Below, in pieces: positions 12,872 to 20,361 of a DNA stretch of 31,328 bases; position 1 is the stretch's first letter, and the number at the start of each line of letters is the position of its first letter. The translations under genes and the position numbers were made by a program. The notes beneath the pieces were generated by a model. The model did no database searches. It had not been told where the DNA came from and saw only the letters and a program-made list of their open reading frames with translations. This DNA is from Candidatus Methylomirabilota bacterium (GTDB taxonomy: Bacteria; Methylomirabilota; Methylomirabilia; Rokubacteriales; CSP1-6). Where the stretch lies: assembly GCA_046726415.1 (NCBI GenBank), contig JBKPAK010000192.1, positions 1 to 31,328 of the forward strand, in the 5' to 3' direction.

Positions 12872-13690
12872 GTCGATGGAGGGTCGTATTACGTAGAATC
12901 ATCCGGCGCGCGCGATGGGCCGCTTGGTCGATGTGGTGGCCCGAGAGATGTCGCCGTACGTCGCACTGCTGTACGCGCAGAGCGGATGCCCATCGATTGT
13001 TCTCCAGACGGTGCGGCCGTCCGAGTTGGTCCAGGTCCGGTATACCGGTCTGAGCGAGAGGCTGCGCGTTGAGCAGTTGATTGCAAACTGCTCTTTCGCC
13101 GGTTCGTGGGTCTGACCATGGACGACGCGGTCTGGGGCGCCACGGAGGTCACCAGATAGCGGGGAGGGCTGGGCGGCGAGGCGGCCCGCGCGCTCCTCGA
13201 GCACGTCGTGGCGGGGGCCCGCGCCCAGCATCTGCTGTCCAGTGAACACTTCTCCGTCGACGGTATCCTGATCGAAGCGTGGGCGAGCCTCGAGAGGTTC
13301 CAGCGCACGGCCGGGGTGGGCGGCCCGCCTGCCGACGATCCCGGGAATCCGACCGTCGCTTTGGGTGGGGAGCGGTGTAGTAACAGTCCCCGTGCCTCGA
13401 CGACGCACCGGGAGGCCCGGCGCGTTCTGAAAGAAAACGGTCACGGGTCCAAGCTTCGCCACCAAGGGCATGTCTTGATGGAAAGCGGCTAGGGGCTCGT
13501 CGGCGACGGCGTCACGCCACCGGCCGGCACCGCGAAGCGGGAGGCGGCGGTGGAGATGGCCGGGCGGGTGCCACAGGACGGCCGCCTGCCGCTGGGCGGC
13601 GACAAAGGCTCTGACACCCGCGAGTTTGTCGCGGCCCTGCGGGACATGGCGGTGACGCAGCACGTCACCCGAACCACGAGGAACCGGTTG
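12872..13690 (+). mobile_element. Heavily degraded IS5-family transposase
   Basis: Fragments LYAQSGCPSI, SERLRVEQL, MDDAVW, LLSSEHFSVDGILIEAWAS, DDPGNPTV, GHVLME, LGGDKGSDT..FV, with several stops and frameshifts. Confidence 0.85.
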
Positions 13691-13825
13691 TCCTTCGCCA
13701 AATTCCATTCGGCCGACCTAACGGCTATCAGGGACCCTGGGCTGGCGGCGCGTCGTCGATCAAGACAATCATTACCGGCGCCGACGTGTCAACCATCTTG
13801 CCGCGGCCGTCCTAGGCGACCACAC

Positions 13826-13910
13826 TGCGCATTCCGACCATCGTGAACATCGCGATCGCTCCATCGTGAACGCATCGATCGGTCGATCATGATCGGAGCG
13901 CAGCGACGCT
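13826..13910 (-). repeat. IS21-family right end (terminal repeat array)
   Basis: Starts TGCGCATTCCG; CCATCGTGAAC repeated at 13838-13848 and 13861-13871 plus a degenerate third copy; directly downstream of istB. Confidence 0.8.
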
Positions 13911-13916
13911 AGGCGG

Positions 13917-14445
13917 TCAGGTTTCGAGCTTGCCCTCCTTTCGCCGTGAGGGACCTTTTGGCACGATACGCTGGGCGTTGTGGAGGAGGCGGTCGCAGAT
14001 CGAGTCGGCGAGAGTGGGATCGCCGATGAAGGTGTGCCACTGGGCGGCGGGGAGCTGGCTGGTCAGGATGGTGGCGCGGGTGCCGTGCCGGTCGTCGAGG
14101 AGTTCGAGGAAGTCCCGCCGATCCTGCGGGGCGAGCGCATCGAGTCCCCAGTCGTCGACGAGCAACACGTGGACGCGGGCGAGCTTGGTGAGCAGGCGCA
14201 GGTAGGTGCCATCGGCGCGGGCGAGGGGGAGCTCGTGGAAGAGGTGGGACGCGCGCCGGTAGAGCGCCCGGAAGCCCTTGCGACAGGCTTGATGGGCGAA
14301 GGCGCAGCCGACGAACGTCTTGCCGGTGCCGGTAGCGCCGACCACCAGGAGATTCTGGTGTTCCTCGACCCAGCGGCAACTGGCGAGCTGCCGGACGAGG
14401 GCTTTGTCGAGCTCGCGCCGAGCCGGATAGTCGATGGCTTCCACG
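13917..14445 (-). pseudogene. istB: IS21 helper ATPase IstB, 5'-truncated
   Basis: IDYPARRELD, Walker A GATGTGKT, Walker B LLVDDWG, TSQLP..W, ADSICDRLLHNA. The N-terminus and istA are replaced by the repeat starting at 14446. Confidence 0.92.
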
Positions 14446-14509
14446 GAGCATAGGCCGCATAAAAGCCTAGTTGGCGGAACCTCCGTTCTCAGCCCCTCCC
14501 GCCCCCCTG
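14446..14509 (-). repeat. ~97-bp dispersed repeat, copy 1 (truncated, 64 bp)
   Basis: GAGCATAGGCCGCATAAAAGCCTAGTTGGCGGAACCTCCGTTCTCAGCCCCTCCCGCCCCCCTG, near-identical to the copies at 17487 and 18698. Confidence 0.97.
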
Positions 14510-14977
14510 GAGACCGCGAACTTCGGCTTGGACTGAACGGACGGGGTCCAGATCGCCATGAGAGGGTGGAAGGGGGCGGGCCTCGATGCCGATCTGAAGC
14601 TCAAGGAGACGGGGGCCTTCGTGTCCAGCGCGATGCTCGGCCGCTTCGAGCGGATGATGCTGGCGATGCGCGGCGGCGCTCTCTTTCCCGACCCGTATCT
14701 GGCGGCGCTGCACTTGCCGGGCGAGCGCACCAACTCCTCGGGCGTCAACGACCCCAAGCTCACGGAGCTCATCCGGCTCCAGCGACGCACCTTCGACGTG
14801 GCCCGCCGGCGCGACATCGTCTGGGATATCCAGCGCCACCTGGCCGGGCAGGTTTACTACCTCTACGGGCCTTCGCCGCGAGTGGTCGCGGCCTGGGAGG
14901 GGTACGTGCGGAACTTCGCGCCGAATCTCGGCAACGACTACGGGGGTCGCCTCGTGGCCGCGTGGCTCGACCGCTGA
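14504..14977 (+). pseudogene. C-terminal fragment of a family-5 (peptide/nickel) ABC substrate-binding protein
   Basis: NSSGVNDPKLTELIRLQRRTFD..RR.IVWDIQRHLA..AWLDR*; in-frame TGA at 14534-14536; the 5' part of the gene is replaced by repeat copy 1. Confidence 0.75.
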
Positions 14978-15591
14978 GTGGCCGCCCACACGGGAATGCT
15001 GGCCGAGACCATCCGGCTCATTCAGGGCGACGCCTGGCGGATGGAATGCCTGGAGGCCATCGCCTCGCTCGGGCTTCCCGACTGGTACATCGCGGCCGGC
15101 TTTCTCCGCAACGCCATCTGGGACGCGCGTCACGCGAAACCCGTCCCCACCCCCCTCAATGACGTCGACGTCATCTACTACGACCCGGGGGACGGCGGGA
15201 CGGCCGCTGAGGCCCAGATCGAGTCCGCGCTGCGGACGCGGGGCCCCATCGTGACGTGGGAGGCCCGGAACCAGGCCCGGATGCACCTTCGCAACGGGCA
15301 TGCTCCCTATCGGGACTCCGCGCATGCCATGGCTCACTGGATCGAGACGCCGACGTGCGTCGGCGTCCGGATGCGCGGCGATCGACGTCTGGAGATCGTC
15401 GCGCCGTATGGCATCGAGGAAAACTGGTCGCTGAGACTCGCCCCAATCCATGCGTCCGGTATCCGGCCGCTCTGTTCACCCAGCGGGTGCGGGAGAAGCG
15501 CTGGCTGGAGCACTGGCCCCGGCTCCGGGTCGAGTGGCCTCCGGAGAGTCGGGGCCACGTCATGATCCACCTCGGCTCCGATCCGGGATGA
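14978..15591 (+). CDS. Putative nucleotidyltransferase (DUF925-like); one frameshift near 15443
   Basis: LPDWYIAAGFLRNAIWD, DVDVIYYD, NQARMH, APYG. The C-terminus NP..FTQRVREKRWLEHWPRL lies in another frame after CCCCAAT. Confidence 0.85.
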
Positions 15592-15595
15592 TCCG

Positions 15596-16441
15596 GTGAC
15601 TCAGGCCGACGCGCTCCGTCGCTACGCCGAGGAGCTGGCCTACACGGCTCACCTGACCTCGCCGGCCGTCATCGAGGCGTTCGCGCGGGTGCCGCGCGAG
15701 CGCTTCCTCGGCCCGGGACCGTGGAGGATCTTTCAGCCCTACGCGCGCAGTTACTGGACCACTCCTGATGCCGACCCGCGACATCTCTATCACGACGTGC
15801 TGGTGGCCATCGACGAAGCGCGCTGGCTGAACAACGGCCAGCCGAGCTTTCTGGGCTTCCTCATTCAGGCCCTCGACGTCCGCGAGGGCGATCACGTCCT
15901 CCACGTCGGTTGCGGCACGGGCTACTTCACGGCCATCCTCGCCGAGCTCGTCGGACCGGCGGGCCGGGTCACGGCCACCGAGGTCGACGCCGACCTCGCC
16001 CTCCGCAGTCAGAACAACCTGGCGGACCGGCCCAACGTGGAGGTCTTTCACGCCGACGGTGGCGACCATGATTCCGGTCCCGCCGATGCCGTCATGATCA
16101 ACGCCGGCGCCACCCACCCTCGCCCCATCTTGCTCGATGCTCTCCGCCCTGGCGGCAGGATGCTCCTGCCGCTCACCGGGCCGCTCGGCAACGGGTGGGT
16201 GCTCAAGGTGGTGCGTCGGGGCGCCGGCTATGCGGCGAGCTGGGTGTCGGCCATCACCATCTTTCCGTGCGTCGGAGCTCGCGACGAGGAGACGGCCGGC
16301 CTTCTCCGCGATGCCTTCGTCAGCGGCGGCGGCGCGGCCGTGCACTCTCTTCGCCGCGAGCTCCATGAACGCGAGCCCAGCTGCTGGTTTCACCGCGACA
16401 GGTTCTTTCTGTCCACGGCCGATCCAGCGCCGGAGGGCTAG
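15596..16441 (+). CDS. Protein-L-isoaspartate O-methyltransferase (PCMT)-like SAM methyltransferase
   Basis: AFARVPRERFLGPGPW, NNGQPS, SAM motif VLHVGCGTGYFTAILAELVG, LRPGGRMLLP. Confidence 0.88.
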   Translation: MTQADALRRYAEELAYTAHLTSPAVIEAFARVPRERFLGPGPWRIFQPYARSYWTTPDADPRHLYHDVLVAIDEARWLNNGQPSFLGFLIQALDVREGDHVLHVGCGTGYFTAILAELVGPAGRVTATEVDADLALRSQNNLADRPNVEVFHADGGDHDSGPADAVMINAGATHPRPILLDALRPGGRMLLPLTGPLGNGWVLKVVRRGAGYAASWVSAITIFPCVGARDEETAGLLRDAFVSGGGAAVHSLRRELHEREPSCWFHRDRFFLSTADPAPEG

Positions 16442-16478
16442 CCCTCGGCGCCGAGCGAGCTCCTCGGCGCCGGTGACG

Positions 16479-16509
16479 CGGAGGTCCAGGCCCTGGTCCT
16501 GGACCTCCG
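16479..16509. terminator. Perfect 12-bp hairpin between convergent genes
   Basis: CGGAGGTCCAGG-7 nt-CCTGGACCTCCG. A second 9-bp stem lies at 16447-16471. Confidence 0.55.
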
Positions 16510-16522
16510 GTTCCGGGGATGC

Positions 16523-17038
16523 TTACTGGGTCAGGCGGTATCCCGAGATCGCCACGTTACAGGTCATGGTCGGGGTATTCGTGGTCGGAAACGCCGTGAG
16601 CCTCACGCTGCTGCCGGGCCCGGCATATATCCGGGTGATCTGGCTCGCGACCCCCTCCGCGGGAAACGTCGTCGGGTTGAGAGCAAAGAAGTGGTCGACA
16701 CTGGTCGACAGGCGGAGCGTCCCCGGTATCGTGGGCTGTCCCTGGCAAGCCGCCGAGACAAATTCGATGACCAGGACCTCGCCGGCCGGGACCGTGGTGA
16801 GGGTCAATCCGAACCCGGTCGTGTTGAACTGGTTGGTCAGGATACCGGTCGACGTCTGGAAGGCATGCCGCGCGGCATTGTCCACGTCACGCACGATCGC
16901 GGGATTCGCCTCCGTGTTGTCCACGGTGACCTGCTTGTCGGGCGCGGCGTCGATGCCGGCCGGCCACACGAGGGCGAGCGCAGCCCAGCCCCCGACGATC
17001 GCGGACGAGACGAGGTTCAGTCGTCTTGCTGTACCCAT
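16523..17038 (-). CDS. Exported hypothetical protein (beta-rich)
   Basis: GAGAGGAG RBS, signal-peptide-like N-terminus, three Cys/Thr-rich beta segments ending ISGY; no family recognised. Confidence 0.7.
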   Translation of the reverse strand: MGTARRLNLVSSAIVGGWAALALVWPAGIDAAPDKQVTVDNTEANPAIVRDVDNAARHAFQTSTGILTNQFNTTGFGLTLTTVPAGEVLVIEFVSAACQGQPTIPGTLRLSTSVDHFFALNPTTFPAEGVASQITRIYAGPGSSVRLTAFPTTNTPTMTCNVAISGYRLTQ

Positions 17039-17486
17039 GAAGTGGCTCCTCTCTTGACGCTGATCGGTTCCCGTCGGGCAGCGAGGTCACGCTCGCTGCG
17101 CGACGTCGGCGCCGGCCTCGAGCCCGGTGCCGATCTGCGGACCCACAGCCACGAAGAGAGCCGCGCCGCGAATCCGCCCGCTTCTCGTCTCGCGAGTCGG
17201 TTGCCGCGGCGAGGCGCCCGCGTCCGCGGAGGGCCCCGCGCTCTCCGCGGCACCGTGACCGTGGTCAGACGGCCGCTCGATGACCCGTCGCGTCTGAACA
17301 TTCCGCCGTCAGGGAGAGACACCAGCGCCGGTCGGCGGAGACATCGGGACGACCAGCCCGAGCAGGGGAAGAGCCGACTCGCAGATGATCGTGAAGGCCG
17401 CCCCAGGGTGACCGTGACGCTGCGGAGAGTGAAGTCCAGGAGCCGGCCGGTGGTAAGGTTTCGGCACACCGCAAATCGGATATGGC

Positions 17487-17582
17487 GAGCATAGGCCGGA
17501 TAAAAGCCTAGTTGGCGGAACCTCCGTTCTCAACCCCTCCCGCCCCCTGCCGCCGCTCCTGCCACTGCCCCCCCGGCACAGA
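17487..17582 (-). repeat. ~97-bp dispersed repeat, copy 2
   Basis: GAGCATAGGCCGGATAAAAGCCTAGTTGGCGGAACC...CCGGCACAGA; same orientation and same left boundary as the other copies. Confidence 0.97.
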
Positions 17583-17751
17583 CGGCGGCCGCTAGACGCG
17601 GCGCAATCCGGCCTCGATGACCGGATCGGCCATTCTTCCCGCCGGCACCAAGGCCTCAGGCCCATCGATCCCCCCGCCCGCGGGAGGGTGGGACCTCGGA
17701 CAGCGGCCCGGCGGATGGTATGGTGTCCCACGTCTTCCCTGGGAGGTCTAC

Positions 17752-18187
17752 ATGAGGCGAATGATGCTCGCGATCGCGCTGCTGCTTCCGGGCTTCCATC
17801 GTCAATGGCGCGAACCAGAAGGTGTACCTCGACTCGGTTCCCCCCGGCGCTCACGTCACCATCTCGGCGATCGAGAAGTCGACCGGACAGCCGGAGACGA
17901 CGGGGGCGCCGCGCTCCACTCCGACGACCGTGGAGTTGAGCCGCAGCAAAGTCTATCGCTTGCTCTTCAGGGGTGCTGGGTTCCCCGACCGCGAGGTCAC
18001 GCTCGGTCAGTCCGTGTCCGGCTGGGTGTGGGGGAACCTCATTTTCGGCGGGCTGGGCTTCCTGATCGACATGGGTACGGGTGGGATGAACAAGCTCGTC
18101 CCGGAACCGGTGGTCGTCGACATGGCGTCGGGGAAAGTGCGCGGTGTCGATGCCGCGCCCGGCGTGGTGGCAGCAACCCCGCGCTAG
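17752..18187 (+). pseudogene. PEGA-like lipoprotein with frameshift at the lipobox
   Basis: GGGAGG RBS; MRRMMLAIALLLPG then a shift to SIVNGANQKVYLDSVPPGA..TP..WVWGNLIFGGLGFLIDMGTG. The lipobox Cys codon is missing. Extended -10-like TGGTATGGT at 17716-17724. Confidence 0.75.
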
Positions 18188-18277
18188 CAATAGAGCGATC
18201 ACCGCCGGGCGCCCGGGGGCTTCGGGTTGCCCTTGGACCCACCCGAGCGACCGGACGACCCCCGGCCGCCCGCCGGG

Positions 18278-18697
18278 CTAGCGAACGACCCCGGCCGCCC
18301 GCAAGCGGGTCAGTTCGTCCGGGGAGAGGCCGGCTTCACGGAGTACGACGTCGGTGTGCTCGCCGCGCGCCGGTGCGCCGGGTGCCCGGCGTCTTTTCGA
18401 AGCGGACCGCTGTGTCGATCGTGCGAAAGCGCCCAGCTCGCGGATGCTCTTCCTCCACGATGATCCGGCTCGCGCTGATCTGGGGGTCGCGCTCGAGCTC
18501 GGCGTAGCGGTTGACCGGGGCGCCAGAACATCGCAGGCTTCGAACGCGCTCATCCAGTCAGCCACCGTGCGCTCGCGGAAGACGGGCGCCAGGATGTTCA
18601 TCAGCGCGGCGCGGTGTTTGGCCCGGCCCGCTCGGGACGCGAAGCGCGGATCGCGCGCGAGGTCGCCCCGGCCGACGGCCGCGCAGAAGGGCTCACA
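18278..18697 (-). pseudogene. C-terminal fragment of a CaiB/BaiF (family III) CoA-transferase
   Basis: FCAAVGRGDLARDPRF..R, APVN..DPQ, HPRAG, GEHTDVVLREAG..LRAAGVV across frameshifts; 5' part replaced by repeat copy 3. Confidence 0.85.
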
Positions 18698-18796
18698 GAG
18701 CATAGGCCGCATAAAAGCCTAGTTGGCGGAACCTCCGTTCCCAGCCCCTCTCGCCCCCCTGCCGCCGCTCCTGCCACGGCCCCCCCCCGGCACAGA
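18698..18796 (-). repeat. ~97-bp dispersed repeat, copy 3 (bounded by a 12-bp direct repeat)
   Basis: Full copy; CACAGAGCATAG occurs at both 18694-18705 and 18791-18802. Confidence 0.97.
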
Positions 18797-18799
18797 GCA

Positions 18800-19027
18800 T
18801 AGCAGGGGCGGGAAGCCGAGCACGCGCAGGGCCACCGCCGCGAACACGGCGCCCTCCAGGCAATGCGCCGTCCAATCGCGGAGCACGAGACGGGGAGGCC
18901 AGGCGGTCGGCGCGAGATGGTACGGCATGCTGTCCAGCGCGCGCTGGACCCCACGCGTCGTCCGAAACGAGCCGAGCGTGCGCAGCTCGCGCGCCGTGAA
19001 ACCGAAGTCGCGGCGCGCGGCGGCCAC
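18800..19027 (-). pseudogene. N-terminal half of a conserved hypothetical (transglutaminase-like Cys motif) protein
   Basis: VQRALDSMPYH..PRLVLRD.TAHCLEGAVFAAVALRVLGFPPLL, cut off by repeat copy 3. Confidence 0.65.
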
Positions 19028-19031
19028 GCCC

Positions 19032-19245
19032 TCAGCGCGGGAGCAGCTTGGCGATGGGGTCGAGGTGCCGGGGACTCGGCAAGAAGCCGACACCGTGTCG
19101 GTGCATCTCGGCGACGACGGCGTCGTTGATGGGCGTCGGAACCCCGCGCTCGCGCCCGCGCCGGCTCACGTAGCTGTTGAGGTGGTCGATCTCGGTGCGG
19201 CGCTTGCGCATCACGTCCTGCAGCATCGAGGGCCCGGTCGCGCCG
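19032..19245 (-). pseudogene. C-terminal fragment of a ketopantoate reductase (ApbA/PanE) family protein
   Basis: PSMLQDVMRKRRTEIDHLNSYV..G...GVPTPIN motif; the Rossmann domain is absent. Confidence 0.85.
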
Positions 19246-19327
19246 GCCGCTCCCGGCCGCCGGCACACCGGGGGAGCGTACCACGGGATCGGCGGGATCC
19301 TTCGCCGCTCGAGCTGGAAAACTCCCC

Positions 19328-20071
19328 TCAGGCGATAGCGCCGACCAGTTCCCCGGCCACCCCCGCCTTCAATTTCTCCGCGAACTCCTCGACCGTGAGC
19401 ACCCAGCCGATGCACCGGGCGATGTTCTGAAGGCCGAACACGTGGAGATCGTGCCCGTACATGCTGGCCACGCAATCGGAGATCACCACGACGGCGAAGT
19501 CCCGATCCAGGGCGGAGAACGCGGTGTTGAGGACGCAGGTGTTCGTGTTGATCCCGGTCAGGACCACCGTCTTGGCGCCCAAAATCCGCAGCAGGTGCTC
19601 GAGATCCGTGTTGGTGAAGCAGTTCAGACGCTTCTTGTTGTCGACGACGTAGTCCCTTCCTCGCTCGTAGAGCGAGGGGATGACCTCGGTGAGCATGCTG
19701 CCCTCGATGTTGTGCGAGTCCAGTGTGCTCTTCTTCCCGGGAATCCATCGATCGGACTCCACCATCTGGCTGAGCTTGTCCCAGAAGGGGCACGCGCGCC
19801 CCTCCGCACCCAGGCCGGGGATCAACCGCTGCACGGTGACCACGTGAATCACGGGCACGCCGGCGGCCCGAGCGTGCTTGAGCAGGCGCTCGGTGGCCCG
19901 GATGACGCGCTCGCAGTCCTCCGTCGAGGCCGGCATCGTCGCCACTGCCGGATCGAGGTGTCCCCGGTGCATGTCAACGGTGACGATCGCGGTCTCCCGG
20001 GGATTGATCTCGAGCAGGGCCTTCATCTTCTCGATCATGTCTGACCGGTCGACGATTTCAACAGTCGCCAT
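19328..20071 (-). CDS. Isochorismatase-family cysteine hydrolase
   Basis: GGAGG RBS; triad motifs TVDMH (Asp), NKKRLNCF (Lys), GINTNTCV (Cys). Confidence 0.9.
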   Translation of the reverse strand: MATVEIVDRSDMIEKMKALLEINPRETAIVTVDMHRGHLDPAVATMPASTEDCERVIRATERLLKHARAAGVPVIHVVTVQRLIPGLGAEGRACPFWDKLSQMVESDRWIPGKKSTLDSHNIEGSMLTEVIPSLYERGRDYVVDNKKRLNCFTNTDLEHLLRILGAKTVVLTGINTNTCVLNTAFSALDRDFAVVVISDCVASMYGHDLHVFGLQNIARCIGWVLTVEEFAEKLKAGVAGELVGAIA

Positions 20072-20361
20072 GGCGCACCTCCTCGGGTCGCCCTAGCCCG
20101 GGCTCGGGCTGGGTTCAGGTACTGTCCGCGTACTGCTACCGCGCCGACCTGTCAAGGCCGAAGTTTCGCCGATCGCGCTCGTCCGACCGAGCATGGACGA
20201 CCGCGGCGACGAGGCGCTGGAATCCCACGCTCGGCGGCAACTTGAGCTTCCTGGTAGCCTTGAGCATACGTTCCTCCGTGATCGGCGCCGATGCTCGTTA
20301 CCGGCGCTGGTTGAGCCGACCGCATCACGCTCCCGTCCGTTCCACGATGGGAGGAGCCGCC

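Noticed and set aside
13709-13827. Possible attC (ACCTAAC start with imperfect arms) cut by IS21
   Set aside because: Arm pairing is poor and no GTTRRRY end is present; cannot be supported.
14455-14480. Repeat core as an integron attI/attC site (GCATAAA..GTTGGCG)
   Set aside because: Sequence after GTT is identical in all copies, neighbours are truncated rather than whole cassettes, and the nearby recombinase fragment shows no IntI-specific insertion.
17060-17486. ORFs left of repeat copy 2
   Set aside because: No recognisable motifs, RBS or consistent frame; possibly a gene remnant but unsupported.
14446-18796. The three repeats as a CRISPR array
   Set aside because: Units are ~97 bp and 1.2-3 kb apart with genes between them; no cas genes in the window.
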